From NCBI RefSeq assembly GCF_006345805.1, contig NC_043009.1:65224001-65288000 (forward strand): 64,000 bases of DNA, written 5' to 3'. This document shows, one piece after another, positions 12,744 through 27,671 of the stretch. The position numbers and the translations under genes are program-made. Positions within the stretch are counted from its first letter, which is position 1; every line of letters begins with the position of its first letter. The DNA is from Octopus sinensis (lineage: Eukaryota). The notes beneath the pieces were generated by a model. The model did not search any database. It saw only the letters and a list, made by a program, of their open reading frames with translations, and had not been told where the DNA came from.

Positions 12744-13784
12744 TGTTTTATATATATATTTTTACCTAAACATGCATATACATAAATATATGTACATATA
12801 TACACGTGTATATACAAGTAAATATATGAATATACACATATAAATCTGTATATGTATGTATATATGCATTCACACGTGTATGTATGAATGAATACATATA
12901 TATATACATGCAAGTTTGTATATATGCACGTTTGTATAATATATCATCTGTGCACTTTAGCTCTCTGTAACGTACTGTAATAAAGTGTCTCCTGGTGACC
13001 TGTTCTCTTTAAGCATCTGCATTCAGTTGCATTTCGAACATCCGATGCAGAGTTCCAAACGGCCACAATGGTGAAACATTCGTAAGGACAAATTATAGAA
13101 ACTTGTGTTTATCGAAATTTCTCTCTTCTCTCTCTATACTCTCTCTTTCTCTCTCTTTCTGTACACACACACACACATGAGTATACACGGCCCTCGCTAT
13201 ATATCAGCTATTTGTGGTCACAACTTTAGAGGGTGGTGGGGTGACAGACGATTTACCACCGTGACCTCTGGCCAGTGCCAAAATTTAAAATTTTCATTTC
13301 TTTTTGATATACAACAGCATGTCAGATTCTAACTTGACACAAAAAAAATGAAAAGGTACGCCGTGCTTTTGTGGTTCCAGTCACCTTCTTTGATGTATCG
13401 TATTCACCACATGTGCTGTTCTTCGGGAAGTATTCTTTCCTGTTTGGTATATTTAATTTTTCTTGAGATTTTGTTGAATGGCACACCCTGAATGTTTGAA
13501 TGTTGTAGACAGACGACTGTGTCCTAGTTTTATCTTTTTATCAAAATATTCCTGTTCTCATGAGTTAGTTGGCGTCTGTTTAAGGCTGTAAAAATTGTAA
13601 AAAAAGCCCACGATCGTTCTTTATTCCCGAGTCCACAGAACAGAGATGAAATAATTGTTGGGGACGCGAGTTGAACACATTTCTCCTGGTCATTCAATGC
13701 AAGCGATTTACTCCCCACACACACTGATATATAAGACAGATTGATAGGTAGGGAGAGAGAGAGAGAGAGAGAGAGAGGAGTTAT

Positions 13785-14115
13785 CAGGCAGGTACTTTAT
13801 CTATTGCAGCGCTTTTCAAACTTTTTGCTAGAGCGGAACCCCAGGGAAACATTCTACTGGCTCGAGGAACACCTGTGCAGTAATTTAATAGTCTTATGCA
13901 CACATTTCTGCACAGGAGAATAAAAAATTACTGCCGATTTTAGCAGTTTTGTAACTTCTTGCGGAACTCCTGGACTGTACAAGTGGAACCCTGGTTGAAA
14001 ACCACTGATCTATTGAATGTGAAAGGATAAATGGCAAAGCTGATCTCGAAGGGATTTGAACTTGGAGCATAGAGGGCTGGAATAAATACCGCAGCACAGT
14101 CTATCTGACATCCTT
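13785..14115 (-). mobile_element. SINE family B, old copy split by the hAT MITE
   Basis: GGTACTTTATCTATTG on the left continues as ...GAAAGGATAAATGGCAAAGCTGATCTCG..GGATTTGAACT on the right. Confidence 0.7.
13807..14007. mobile_element. hAT (Charlie-like) MITE nested inside a family B SINE
   Basis: Ends are CAGCGCTTTTCAAAC and GGTTGAAAACCACTG. A perfect 8-bp TSD ATCTATTG lies at 13799-13806 and 14008-14015. Confidence 0.85.
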
Positions 14116-15019
14116 ACAAAGCTAGGCAGTACACAAAGCGTCACAGTTTTTATTTGTCACCATACTCATATACTTTGCAAATTATTTTCTCGTGTGATAA
14201 CTATGTGCAAGATAAAAAAGTAAAATGAAATAAAACAAAACAGCCTCGATGTCAGAGACTATCGGTCTTGCTTAACTAACTGGGACATCCTCCCACGAAA
14301 CATCATCTCATGCTTTAATGAACGACAAGAACCAATTATTTCATACACTAAAAACATTCGACTCATAAAGAAGCTATTGAAACAATTATTCTGTCGCTCG
14401 TACACTATGTTGTTCATTACTTGGTAGATAGTAAGTATAAATTAATTAAGCAAGTATAATTTAATTAGGACAACACAATATATATTAATTAGGATAACTG
14501 GTGCTATATTTAGTTTGGCTTTTATTCCTTGCGTACGGAGGCGATTTTTAAAACTTCAGCACGTCTTTATGCACTTTTGTTATAAGTGTGGAGCTAACAG
14601 AAGGGTTAGGTGGTCGGAGAAAACGCCTTACCTCATTTCTTCCGGCTCTATGCGTTCTAAGTTTCTGAGTGGAGGAACCACAAGAATATTACCAGAGTAT
14701 TGAGATCAACAGAATCAACAACCCCGTCTTCTTAACATTGCTGGCCTTGTGATTGACTAAGAGGACATTATCTGAAACACAGACAGTCTCTCTCTCTCAC
14801 ACATACGCACACACACACCCGTATGTATATATGTGTGTATGTATGTATTGTGCATGAAGCTACGTATCTATATATATTTGTATATGTATATATATGTATG
14901 TGTGTATATATATAGGTGTGTATTTATATGTGTGTGTAGATATATGTGTATATATGTGCGTATATATATATGTGTGTAGATATATATATATATATATATG
15001 TGCGTATACATATATGTAT

Positions 15020-15067
<48 letters not shown>

Positions 15068-15099
15068 ATGTACATTCTTACATCAGCATCACTGGTAGG

Positions 15100-15720
15100 A
15101 TTACTGTAACAAACAGCAATGATAAAAGTATCAACATTCGTAATAAAAAATGATATTCGCGGTAGGAGCTTCGCTGATTTCACGGATAACAATAGACAGC
15201 ATCGACAAGAAAGAGACATCGGACAAAACGTTATGGAAGACGAATGAACAAATTCAAAATGGTCGCTCTCGTCTCCATCGACTAAACATGCGGCCTACTT
15301 TACGTTTTAGCACAAAATATTTTGTCATAACTACCAACGTATCATCACATTCATCACACATGTTTGGCCCCTACCTGATGGAATCAGTGCCGATTGCTAT
15401 TTATATTTTGGAGAAATTTTCATGACAGCCATGCGAAGAATGATCCTGTTGTAATTCTATTCTGAATTAACGGAATGAATTTTCTCAACCAATCAGGGAA
15501 TAGTCTGCAGATATAACAAAACGATACGCAGTTCTTATTAGAGACGACCGCAGTCATTGCAGCAATTGACACAAGACCACAATGACACATACAGCTCATA
15601 GTAGATGTGCTGCGGGAAAAGAAAAATACTTAGTAATACACGGCCCATTAACAGCCAAGGTGTAAAGACATAACTCATATTGTCCTAAAGAACAGAATTT
15701 CATCTATTTCCAGCATGCTT
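15100..15720 (+). mobile_element. Possible highly decayed Penelope-like RT remnant
   Basis: The frame at about 15301 gives YVLAQNILS*LPTYHHIHHTCLAPT*, loosely resembling the PLE RT segment FVLxxNYFxF...MGTxMAPTYANL. Weak. Confidence 0.25.
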
Positions 15721-17246
15721 CCATATAAACCAAATATTAAATGAACTTTAACATCGTAATTTTGTAATCGTAATTATGTGCACATTTTATACGCAAACAT
15801 ATCTTGCAGACTCACTTGTATGTCCATAAGTTTATTGCATATACACATACATGTGTGCATTTTTATGGATCTGAAGACTCGCTTGCATGTACACATTTCT
15901 TTAAATAAATATTATCCACTTCCACACTTCTAAATATATTCCACCTTATAAATGTATTTTAGAAAGCTACGTTCGGTTCTAATTTTAGACCATTTCAACG
16001 TACGTGGCAATCCATTTCTTGTTGCAGGACTTTTTTTGTTATAAACAATAATTTTGTCTTCTTAATCGGACTTGGCCCATTTCAAATAGACTACAATAGG
16101 CAAGTAGAAAATAACTTTTTCTATTCTGTATTTATTAGAGGATAAAAATCTGTGTATTGTATTCTGTATTTCGTCCTGAGTTGAATCAAGATTTTTTACA
16201 TATTTCTGAAAATATTCAATCATCGAAGACGACCACCACCGAAGGAACAAAGAACGAACATTATAAAATTGAGTGAGCTTATGTAGTTATTTATAATTAT
16301 GTATTGTGTGTGTTGTGTAAGCATGTATCTATAGGGTCCACAGCTCTTCAATATCCTCTCAAAGAGCACGAGAGACCTACACAGGGTGAAAATAGGTGTT
16401 TTCAAAACAAATCTGAATCTTCTATCAATTGTTCAGCATGAAGCTACCACGCAGCAGGAAAAGCAACATCAAATTCCTCCATTCGCCAAATGCCATGTGT
16501 CAGAAGATGTTTCAAGGCAAGTAGAGTGAAGCTAACGGAGGTGCCCCTGCATGGTCGCAGCATTAGGCCTGAATAGAGTAGAAAACACAAAAAACCCAAC
16601 TCGGACATGTCTAATATGGTTACACTAATGCAATCTTCCATATATTCCCGTATAGAAATTATCACACAGGCGCACACACCTATGCAAATCCATTTGTGTG
16701 CACACACTACGTAAAATTAATTCATTGAAGAGTCTATTCATTCGAAGCAGATGCTACTCTGAGTTTGGTGCATCTGTGAGTCGCGTTACGCGTTCGTCCT
16801 TATTTCAACCGAAAGTAATAAACAAAACCAGTACCACCGCTATTTCCTTCGGTTTCTCCATATCTTGCCATCCCGCTCACACAATACCCTCCTTACTCTC
16901 CTCCTCCACTGATGAGGAATCACCGGTTTAAGGCTTTTTTCCTTCGTCCTTTTTTCTTTCGCTCCTTCTCTTTAAGTTTTAAATCATTCTCAATCACCTC
17001 GTTCCAGCTCTCTCATTCCCTTACTCACTCTCTCTCTCTCTCACTTATCTCCCCCCCCATCTTAGCTTAACTACCAGTCTCTCAACTCCTCTTCTCTATC
17101 ACCTCCCCTTCTCCACATCCGTCTCCATTATATTTGTACAATTTCTTCGTTAATTATAAGTTTTTCATTTCTGGTTCCTTCTCCCTGATCTTATCAATAA
17201 TGCAGACTTCGTTACCACAGACGCATCACTAAGTGCAAAGTGAGAA

Positions 17247-17280
<34 letters not shown>

Positions 17281-17396
17281 TCAGACATATTTATAATAAT
17301 ACACACTCATAATAAAACACACACACATATATATATATACATACATACATGTCCACACACGTACATACAACACAAAAACACACACAATAACACAAG

Positions 17397-17432
<36 letters not shown>

Positions 17433-17618
17433 AGTATTCAAATATATGCGTATGTATATACATATAAGAATATATACAGACATACACATATATTTATATA
17501 CCATATTTCATATATATATATATATGAATGTGAGTGTGTGTGTGTACAGTCTCTCTCACATATACACATGTGTGTATATATATTATATATATATATATAG
17601 ACAATATAATATAATATT

Positions 17619-17668
<50 letters not shown>

Positions 17669-17935
17669 AGTAAAACATGGGAATCCGGTTGCAGACAGTT
17701 AAAATAGTTTGCAAAACCAAAAAAAGCAGACATAAAGCTATATTTTAAAAATGCAAAGAAATTATGTTCTAAATATGTAGAAGATATATTTATGCTTGTT
17801 TCTTATTTGCTTCATTTTATTCTCAACTAGATTTTAAATACGTGAAATAGAAAAGAAATTGTAATAGACACACGAGAAAAATATATGAATCACGCACACA
17901 CACACACAAAAGCAAACACAATAACACATACATAG

Positions 17936-17967
<32 letters not shown>

Positions 17968-18297
17968 TAAGAAATAATGATAAACGCAATTTTATAATGA
18001 TAATACAAATGCTAATGAATTTTTTTTTTGTAAATAGGGAGAAAAATAAAACAGAGGAGTTAGGAAAAATATTTAATAGAGTAAAATTCTAGAAATAAAT
18101 AATTTAGAAAATGTAGCTAAAATTAAAGAATATCAGAAAAACGGCAGAAAGTATTAAATATAAAGTAAATAAATATGAAATACATACGTAAATAATATAC
18201 ATATATATATCTCAACACATATATACACTCACTTATATGTGTACATGTATACGTACATAGATACATACATATATGCATACATATATATATATGTATA

Positions 18298-18390
<93 letters not shown>

Positions 18391-18753
18391 TATGTATATA
18401 TACAAGGTATGTATGTATATATATATATATATATGCATATATCCATGTATGAATGTAGGCGAAAAATAAATATAAAAACAAGACATTCGAAATTGATATG
18501 AAATGTTGAGTTAATAGAAAGAAATAAAAGTAAACAATACCGAATAAAAACACATGTAGAATTTAAAAGAAACCATTTACGAAAAATATGCGCAAAAATT
18601 CTTCAGAAAAATTTTCTATGCAGTTCTAAATATATTAAATGAAGCTAATATATAGATGAACACATATGTTTTAACATGCACATACATATATATATATATA
18701 CGTATGTATATATAAATTTATGTATATATATATTATATATATTATATATATAT

Positions 18754-18786
<33 letters not shown>

Positions 18787-19425
18787 GCATATATATGTAT
18801 GTATGTATGTTTGTATGTATGTATGTATGTATGCATGCAAATGCATGTATGTATTATTGCATATGCAGACATTTTAAATACCTTAAGATAGGTAACGATT
18901 AAATTTTAAATCAAATTTTACATTAGTTTTATAAGTTTCTCATATTGAAAGGAAATGGTGCAATATTTCGTAAAATACCAACTAAAGAATAGAATGGGAT
19001 ATTCAATGAAGTATACAGAATATAAAGTTATAACTGACGTAAGGTATTTAGTTGAAATATTTTATTATAAGTATAGAATTGTCAGGCATGCAGAGCATAA
19101 GAATGTGTAATTCCGTTCAATTTGCTCTGGGTCCGTGGTCAGTTCTGATTTAGTCGTGATGTGATTTTCCTGTGCTAATAATAATAGTTTGGCATTTATC
19201 ATCAATTCATCAGTGGAGTGACTTGAAAAGTCATTCAATTGTGTGTGTGTGTGTATGTGTGTGTATGTGTGTGTATGTGTGTGCATGTGTGTGTATGTGT
19301 GTTTGTGTATAAAGACAAAAACTGGAATATGAGGTACCATTCTAATTCTGTGTTACACTTGTTTCATTAGAACATGGTAAAAGACATTTTGTGAAAGTAA
19401 ATATCAATATTGAGAATAATATAAA

Positions 19426-19660
19426 TGAGGTGAATTAGCAGAATCGTTAGCTGGTCGGACAAAATGCTTAGTTTCATTTCGTCCGTATCTACGTTATGAA
19501 TTCGAATTCACCCGGGGTCGATTTTGCTTTTCATTCCTTTCAAGGTCGATAAAATAAAGTACCAGCTGAGTACATAATATACCAGATGAGTCAATGAAAC
19601 ACAACTTAGTCCTCACGCAGAAATTTATTGTCTTGTTCCAGAATTTGAAACCAATATTAA
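19426..19660 (+). mobile_element. SINE family B, diverged
   Basis: GGTGAATTAGCAGAATCGTTAGC..AAAATGCTTAG..GGGGTCGATTTTGCTTTTCATTCCTTTCAAGGTCGATAAAATAAAGTACCAG. Confidence 0.8.
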
Positions 19661-19749
19661 AAATAACACAGACATAATATATACATAACAAATGTATACA
19701 CATATATAAACATGTCGAAAACGCATACACATATCTATTTGTCTATATG

Positions 19750-20370
<621 letters not shown>

Positions 20371-20382
20371 ATATAAACTGTA

Positions 20383-21060
20383 TACTGAGTGTTAGGGCTA
20401 AATTTGACGGTTTTCATAAAAGGAAAGCAAATCACAATATCCCATCTACAATTAAAAGTTTCTTTTTTTTTTAAATAAAAGAATATCAATTACATTATGG
20501 CTGGAAGATAACAGTTTAATCGAAGTACACCATTCCGCTTCCAGTATGAACTCAAGACTATTCTGGACCTTGACGCAGGCTTTCCCTACTGTATCTTTGG
20601 GAAGATCTTCGAACACCTATGTGATCTTTGACCGCCAACTCGGCTTCGGCGTTGCAGGCAAATCGGTTGGTCTCTTTCTCAACCGCGCCCCACACATATT
20701 GTAATTCTATGGGATAGAAAGAATTACAATCCGTGGAATTAGGAGGTCAGAAATCGAGGTTGGTGAAATTGTAGAAATTCTCAAACAACCACATCTGATA
20801 AGGAGCTAAACCCTGTTGTCACATATATAGCCCTCAAACAGCAACCTTATCCAGCCAGGGTTTGATCACAGTCTGCAACAGTTTTACATAACTATCTGAA
20901 GTGAACCTAAAGCCTTGTTCAAAGATGTGAGGCGGTGTGACGTCACTCTCATTAGCTCATTAGAGACGCACCCAAAACTCATCAGAGGTTTTCATGATAC
21001 GACATTTACAGTGTTCGCATAGCAATGGGCAGTTATCCTCAGCTACAGCTTTGATCTTTA
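20383..21060 (-). mobile_element. Tc1/mariner superfamily (maT/DD37D-like) transposase catalytic-domain remnant with a terminal end
   Basis: Minus frames give FGCVSNE..DVTPPHIFEQGFRFTSDSYVKLLQTVIKPWLDKV..QQGLAP..WLFENFYNFTNLDF*PPNSTDCN..YVWGAVEKETNR. A TIR-like end TACTGAGTGTTAGGGCTAAATTTGACG lies near 20383. Confidence 0.8.
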
Positions 21061-21229
21061 TACTCTCCAAAGCCGTTCACTGTTCAATACATCAATCTGT
21101 TTTTGAAAAATAAAAAAGGAAGCATAATGGTAATGTGTGATTTGAGGGTGTTTGGCTACCATTTCTAACAGTTCGAGTGACTGCCATGACTTTCCCTCGT
21201 TGACTCGTTCGGAATATCACAAGATGTGT

Positions 21230-21250
21230 ATGTGTGTATGTGTGTGAGAG

Positions 21251-21284
<34 letters not shown>

Positions 21285-21503
21285 TGAGAGAGACAGAGAG
21301 TGAGAGAGAGATAGAAAGGGAAAGATAGATAGGTAGATAGAAACAGAGAGAGAGAGAGTGAGAGAGAGATAGAGAAAGATAGATAGGTAGATAGAGACAG
21401 AGAGAGAGAGAGTGAGAGAGAGATAGAGAGAGAAAGATAGATAGGTAGATAGAGACAGAGAGAGAGAGAGTGAGAGAGAGATAGAGAGAGAAAGATAGAT
21501 AGG

Positions 21504-21572
<69 letters not shown>
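21230..21572. repeat. (GA)n/(GATA)n minisatellite-like array
   Basis: The unit AAAGATAGATAGGTAGATAGAGACAGAGAGAGAGAGTGAGAGAG recurs several times. Confidence 0.9.
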
Positions 21573-21574
<2 letters not shown>

Positions 21575-21689
21575 TGGCAGGATCAAGAATGGATTAGGGC
21601 GTGTGTGCACGCGCCGGTGTGTGTGTGTGTGTATGTGTGTAACCATTTGTGTCGTCGGTTCGCTCTGGTCTGTACTAAAAGAGTTTCTT

Positions 21690-23510
21690 CTCACCCCAAC
21701 CATCACTCCTCCACCATCACCCCTCCACCACCCCTACTTCTACTACCTCTCATACCATTACCATCATCAGCCGCACCATCAGGCTACAATAACCACCACC
21801 ACTATACATAGTTGCTAACATAGCACTACCAATAGACTCTATCGCAGCAACTTCTGCCGTCACCGCAACCACCACCACCACCACCCCACCACTACCACCA
21901 TCACCACCATCATCACCATCATCATCACCAATACCACTTCGACTACTATTCCCACTACTTACACTAACAGACACTATTACCACCTCCTCCGCCGCCGCCT
22001 CCACCACCACAACTACCACCATCACCACGACCACTATTTCCACCACCCCACCACTGTTCCCATCACTTACATCACCACTACCACTGCGACCATCACCCTA
22101 CTCTCACTATCACTCGCTATCACCACTCCTCCTCCTCCTCCTCCTCCTCCTCCCACTCCCATTATGTTATACATATTTGAAATATTTAAAAAATAAAGCA
22201 AGTGAAATTGATAATTCTTCCATTTCAACTTCCTCTCAACCTTCTCCTCTCTCCATTCCCCCCTTTATATTCTCCTTCTTTCTCTACTCCCCCTCCCCGC
22301 CACGCCATCACTTATTAATGCAGCAGTTATTAATTCGAATTTCTCAACTAAATCCGAAACTGCGCACATTTTTCACACCACCACCACCACCACTGCCAAC
22401 ACCACCACCACCGTCGTCGTCATCACCGTCGCCGCCATCAACACAGTCTGCACCACCACTGCCGCCATCATCATCATTGACAACAATATTGATACAACCG
22501 ACAATACCTTAACCATTCCTTGCTCTACCGCCACATTATTGCCAACCACCGGGTACCACTTCCAGCACCACCCTTATAGCCATCTTCACCATGCACAAAT
22601 CGCCTACATCACATCATCCCCTCTACCAGTAAACTCATGACCAGCATCCTCGCCGTTCCCCATCATCACCACTGTCACGAGAACGAGTCTACAAGAAAGC
22701 TTCTACGTTGCTACGCGACCAGAAAGCGAGAAATAACAGTTAAATATTCCTTGGATCATAGGAAACTTCTTAGAAAAGGAAACATCCGATATTGTAACCC
22801 AGAATTCTCTGCATGTAGGAAAAAAGATGTAGGTAAAACAGATGGGCATGTTTGGAATAGGTCTGAAACATATCTGCTTGGTGAAGACAGACCTGGGGCT
22901 ATAATAACAATGGTTGTCACACAAACTCATACATCGCCATCACAACCACCTCCACTGCAACTACCACCACCAGTAGAATCTCCCCCACCCTAACTATAAA
23001 CCCATCATTACCATCATGGCCATCGCGAAACCCATCACCATCACAACGATCATGAATATCGCCCCAGAACAACTATCGTTTCTATCAGCACCATTTAGAA
23101 CCACCTCCAATGCCAACCACCGTCTTAAATCTACACGTCACCACACTCCATCCTGCACCCTCACAATCAATTTAGGAAGCGGCATCTCCACTCGTATGTT
23201 TAAGTGATCAGTGCAGACTTTGGACTAAACAGGAACAACAGCCAGACAACAATCACCACCACTACAACGCCACCACTACCATCTCAACACCGCATCCAAA
23301 TCACTACCACCACTACTACCAACATCACCGTAACCACCACCAATACCACCATCGTAGCCATTAAGTACCACAGCAATGTCATCGTCACCACAAATGCGCA
23401 ACACCACGTACCACCACCTCCACTATCATCATTATTATAGTACAATAACCGTAATACCACCATCCTCGCCACCATCACGAAACATCATACACCACCTCCC
23501 ACCACCTGGT
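21690..23510. repeat. Degenerate (CAC/CAT/CTC)n low-complexity region
   Basis: Long C/A-rich triplet-like sequence that yields spurious Pro/Thr/His ORFs. It is interrupted by a family D SINE at about 22690-22910. Confidence 0.8.
22690..22910 (+). mobile_element. SINE-like family D, diverged
   Basis: GCGAGAAATAACAG..AAAT...GATGGGCATGTTTGGAAT..GACCTGGGGCTATAATAACAA. Related pieces occur at about 4090-4430, 21120-21200, 40220-40270, 50270-50345, 52300-52455, 62810-63785 and 63810-63990. Confidence 0.6.
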
Positions 23511-24516
23511 TACAGGTAGTTTTTGTCGATCGAACTTTTGGTTAATTCATAACCAAATCGCCTGGCTGTTTCTGGTGTATTATTGGGTTTGTTTACTTAA
23601 TACAGTCTTGAGCGACCGTATCTTTTCGATGAGATTGGGGATATTTTGTTAAATACACTACAACATCCATGTTGGCGATTTTCTTGTTGAACTCTGGATA
23701 CAACGTCGTCGCAGGCTGCCTCTTTGAAGTTTGTGATTCTGTTTTTGTTTTTTTCATTGATGCACGAGAGTTTGTAACGATAACTGGTAGATGATATTTA
23801 TAAAAAAATGTCATTTGCATTGTGTTCAGCAAGATTTGAAGAGATGGCCTGCATATCTATTCTTTAGACGTTCCGCTAGATTCAAAATGCAGATATGCTA
23901 GTCACTGTTGTTTATGTCGCAGGAGAACAACTTGTTTTTATGACTACACGCTCGGTTTTAAGGAAGCTGGACAATTACTTGCCAGGCGATTGTGAAATCT
24001 TGGAATGTGGTGCAGGACGTGATATCTGGGGTAGAGCTACAACAGTTGGGTTGATGTGATATGCGCGCGTATTAGTTCAGAATTTGTTGCATGGAAGGGG
24101 AAAAAGATTTCGATTCTATTTTCTTATCTCCCTAGGAAATACATGATGTCGATTATACTCTTGTGATCGCTTGTCGTATATAAGCTTACTAGAATGAGCT
24201 TAGTGTGTGTGTTATTTTTAAATCATTTATTTTTAAGCCCAGCTGTCTCGTTTAATGTCATTGCCAGTTAATTACGAAATCTTTAGTGGTATTTATATCT
24301 GAACTTTTGATATTTTGGGACCCTACTTCGTGTCCCCCGAAGATCAAAAGCTAAGATTACATTACAAAATGACGAAATAAAGACAATTTTTGAAAGCTTG
24401 AGTGTAATGTCGGCAGAATGAAGTATGGAAATTCTTTTGCTGAAGAATGAAGACACCTTTATTATTTTTGAATTATCCTCTCTAGTGGAGAAAGCTTTTA
24501 GTACAGTAGCCTCAAT

Positions 24517-24705
24517 ATTCTTTTCTACTCTAGGTACAAGGCCCGAATTTTTGGAGGAGGGACCAGTCGATTAGATCGACCTCAGTACGCAACTGGTACT
24601 TCATTTAACGACCTCGGCGGAATTTGAACTCAGAACGGAAAGACAGACGAAATACTGCTAAGCATTTCGCCCAGGATGCTAACGTTTCTGCCAGCACGTC
24701 GCCTT
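24517..24705 (-). mobile_element. SINE family B with an internal deletion
   Basis: Reverse complement of the family B head and tail; the central GCCTTTCATCC block is missing. Confidence 0.85.
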
Positions 24706-24789
24706 TAGATGCACTACTTTTGTTATAGAAAGATCGGGCTTGTCTTATTTTAGCATAATTCGCAGTGCTGGGAGTTTTATATTCAGGTA

Positions 24790-25200
24790 GTAAAAACGAT
24801 TTTAAATAGAATTAATGCTGTCCTGTGGAATTTACAAATTTGTATAAAGTTTACAACGTTTGGCTTTGTGCGCGAAGCGTTTATTTTGAAATGGTTTCCG
24901 TGCGAACTTGAAAGAGGAGCAACAGCACCTCCCGTTTGTATGATTGCTATTACTGCTGTTGTCTTCGTTATTTTCCTTGCAAGTCGTATTTTTTTCTGTG
25001 GGGTGTAAAATGTGTTGCATGTTAGGGTCTTCATAAATATTTTGAAGACTTTGCAAGGCATTTCAAAGTTTATGAGATTGATTCGTGTAGAATCGCCGTC
25101 GGTGTCGTTCTCTGACACTGTCTGTCTGTCTGTGCTGAGGAAAATATTGTTCTGCGTTGAGAACTGACACAGAATCTTTATCGCTCTGAGTACAATATGA
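24790..25200 (-). mobile_element. Possible decayed Penelope-like RT remnant
   Basis: ILCQFSTQNNIFLSTDRQTVSENDT.. has the spacing of PLE LCxFILxNNYFxFxxxxYxQxxGT. Weak. Confidence 0.2.
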
Positions 25201-25294
25201 ATCACATGACTTTTGATAAGTTACCGATACAATGACATGTGAATCTTCACAACATACATGAACAAAACAACAACAACAACAACAACAATAATGC

Positions 25295-25499
25295 TGATTT
25301 CTAATTTTGGCACAAGACCAGCAATTCCAGGGGGATGGGATGCAAGTCGATTACATCGACTCCAGAATTCAACTGGTATTTGTTTTATTGATACCGAATA
25401 GATGAGAGACGAAGTCAACCTCAGCGGAATTTGAACTCAGAATGTGAAGACGGACGAAATACCGCTAAAAATGTCGACCGATTCCGCCAGCTCGCCGCC

Positions 25500-25501
<2 letters not shown>
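25295..25501 (-). mobile_element. SINE family B, flanked by (AAC)n and (AAT)n
   Basis: Plus strand GCGGAATTTGAACTCAGAA..GACGAAATACCGCTAA..GCCAGCTCGCCGCC. Confidence 0.85.
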
Positions 25502-25533
<32 letters not shown>

Positions 25534-25584
25534 TGATGATGATGATGATGATGATGATAATGATGATAATGATGATGATGATGG

Positions 25585-25880
25585 ACTCTCCCATCGAAGA
25601 CGACGTATGAGCGTTCAGCTTTTGCCGAACAATCTACACAAATGGTTTGTTTATAGGGATCAAACGTTGGAGCTGCACATTAGCTCCCTCTCTCCATCAA
25701 ATCAACGTTTCCCGAACAGGTGCACTGTGTGTTATGCCTCAGGTGTCTAATTGATCACAGAGTAAACGCGAGATGAAGGGTTTTGCTCAAAAATACAACG
25801 CACCACCTGGTCTAGGAATTGAAATCACGACATAGCGATGGTGAGTGCAACACCCTAACCACAAAGCCATACGCCCTCGC
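25585..25880 (-). mobile_element. tRNA-derived SINE family C, CORE-like head with tail type 4
   Basis: The minus head GCGAGGGCGTATGGCTTTGTGGTTAGGGTGTTGCACTC..GATTTCAATTCC..TTGAGCAAAACCCTTCAT is followed by a tail unlike the other C copies. Confidence 0.7.
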
Positions 25881-25904
25881 AATAATGACAACAACAACAA
25901 CAAC

Positions 25905-25980
<76 letters not shown>

Positions 25981-26419
25981 TAATAATAATAATAACAATG
26001 ACAATAATAATAATAATAATATGGTTTCATAAACGTGTGAAAAGTGTTGTAATGCAGTTCTTGTGTACCGATATAAAGTTAGTCGATTCTACCATTCTTC
26101 TGCGAATTGGTGACCTTGTGTCAACGGTAAAAGTCAATAATGACAGCGGTGATAATGTTTACCGTTCAAAAAAGAAAATGGCTAAATTGGATTAGAGATG
26201 CTTCCGGTGAAGATGCGGCGTGATCTTTTGCTGCAAATTACTTTCGCTGTGTTCTTTAAGTAGTTCTGTTGAAGTAACTGACCTTCACTACTTCACCTGT
26301 TTAACTAATTTGCAAAATCAAAGGTGTGACATCACCTGCGTCAGGTTTATTAAACCACAAGATAATATCCTTATGATCTCTAAACTATACAACAGAGACA
26401 TCTATAGTCGTTTAAGGAA

Positions 26420-26454
<35 letters not shown>

Positions 26455-26767
26455 GAATGAGAGGAGTGGTGAGAGTAGAAGAATACATTGGGGCGGTGGA
26501 GGTGGGGAAAGAAAGAATTAGAGAAGGAAATAGAGGGAACGGGTGTCAGAGAAAGTAAGAGACGGAGAGAAAAAGCGGGCACGATAGAAATCCCATTTGG
26601 AATCTGTACACAGCGACACTTCAAATGCTTTATACTGTGCACAGTTTATTTTTTCTATATAGAAAAATACACACACACACCACACACACACAGACTGACA
26701 TTCATATACATAAACATGCATACGACAGATATACACCAGAAGAGTTTGTACTCGATGTATATATATA

Positions 26768-26808
<41 letters not shown>

Positions 26809-26986
26809 TAGTTCGCGTGTATACAACAGTGCATGTGAGTACATGTATGCGTGTATGTAGTTATAATGTCTACTCAATAAGTAAACATACCAAGTACCAA
26901 GCGCGGTCCCGTGTGTCTGAATATACGTTTGAACATAAATATATCTGCATAATTTTGTTACCATGCACAAATTTCCAGCACTCTCA

Positions 26987-27040
<54 letters not shown>

Positions 27041-27261
27041 GGGTGCACACGCACATACTTTAATACACACGCACCAGGTGATATCTTCCAATTACAAGAA
27101 CGTATGAAAGCAATTGCACTGTCGTACAGTTGTATGATATCACTTTAGTAATAAAAGGATACCGAATCTGCCGGTGTAGAGTCCTTTCTTAAGTTACGAT
27201 CTTTTCGATACAAGATCGAAATGTGTAAACGGATCCATGTATGTTTGTATGTATGTATGTC

Positions 27262-27581
27262 CGTGGCTCAGGGGTTAGAGCGTAGGGCTCAAAACCATGA
27301 GATAGTGAGTTCGATTCCTGGACCGGGCTGTGTGTTGTCATCTTGAGCAAGACACTTTATTTCACGTTGCTACAGTTCACTCAACTGAAGAAATGAATTG
27401 CAACGTCATTGGTGCCAAGCTGTATCGGTCTTTGACTTTACTTTGGATAACATCAGAGGCGAGGAGAGAGAGAGGAAGCTGGTAAGCACAGACAGCTGGT
27501 GGGCTTCCATAAACAATCTTGCTGCGACTTGTGTCTCGAAGGGTAACTTTCTAGGTCAAATCCCATGGTCATTCATGACAC
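27262..27581 (+). mobile_element. tRNA-derived SINE family C, CORE-like head with tail type 3
   Basis: A box CGTGGCTCAGGGGTTAG and B box GAGTTCGATTCC, then CTTGAGCAAGACACTTTATTTCAC. The tail GGGTAACTTTCTAGG..CCCATGGTCATTCATGAC is shared with 48208-48537. Confidence 0.85.
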
Positions 27582-27671
27582 TTTTACATATGTACAAGGG
27601 GGAATAGGTTTGGATTTAGTTTGCGAGGTTCTGCCACTTCTTTGGTTATTAAGAGCAACTATATATATATG

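Noticed and set aside
23510-24400. PLE RT remnant or host exon on the minus strand
   Set aside because: No continuous frame or clear motif; probably an ancient repeat, but I cannot assign it.
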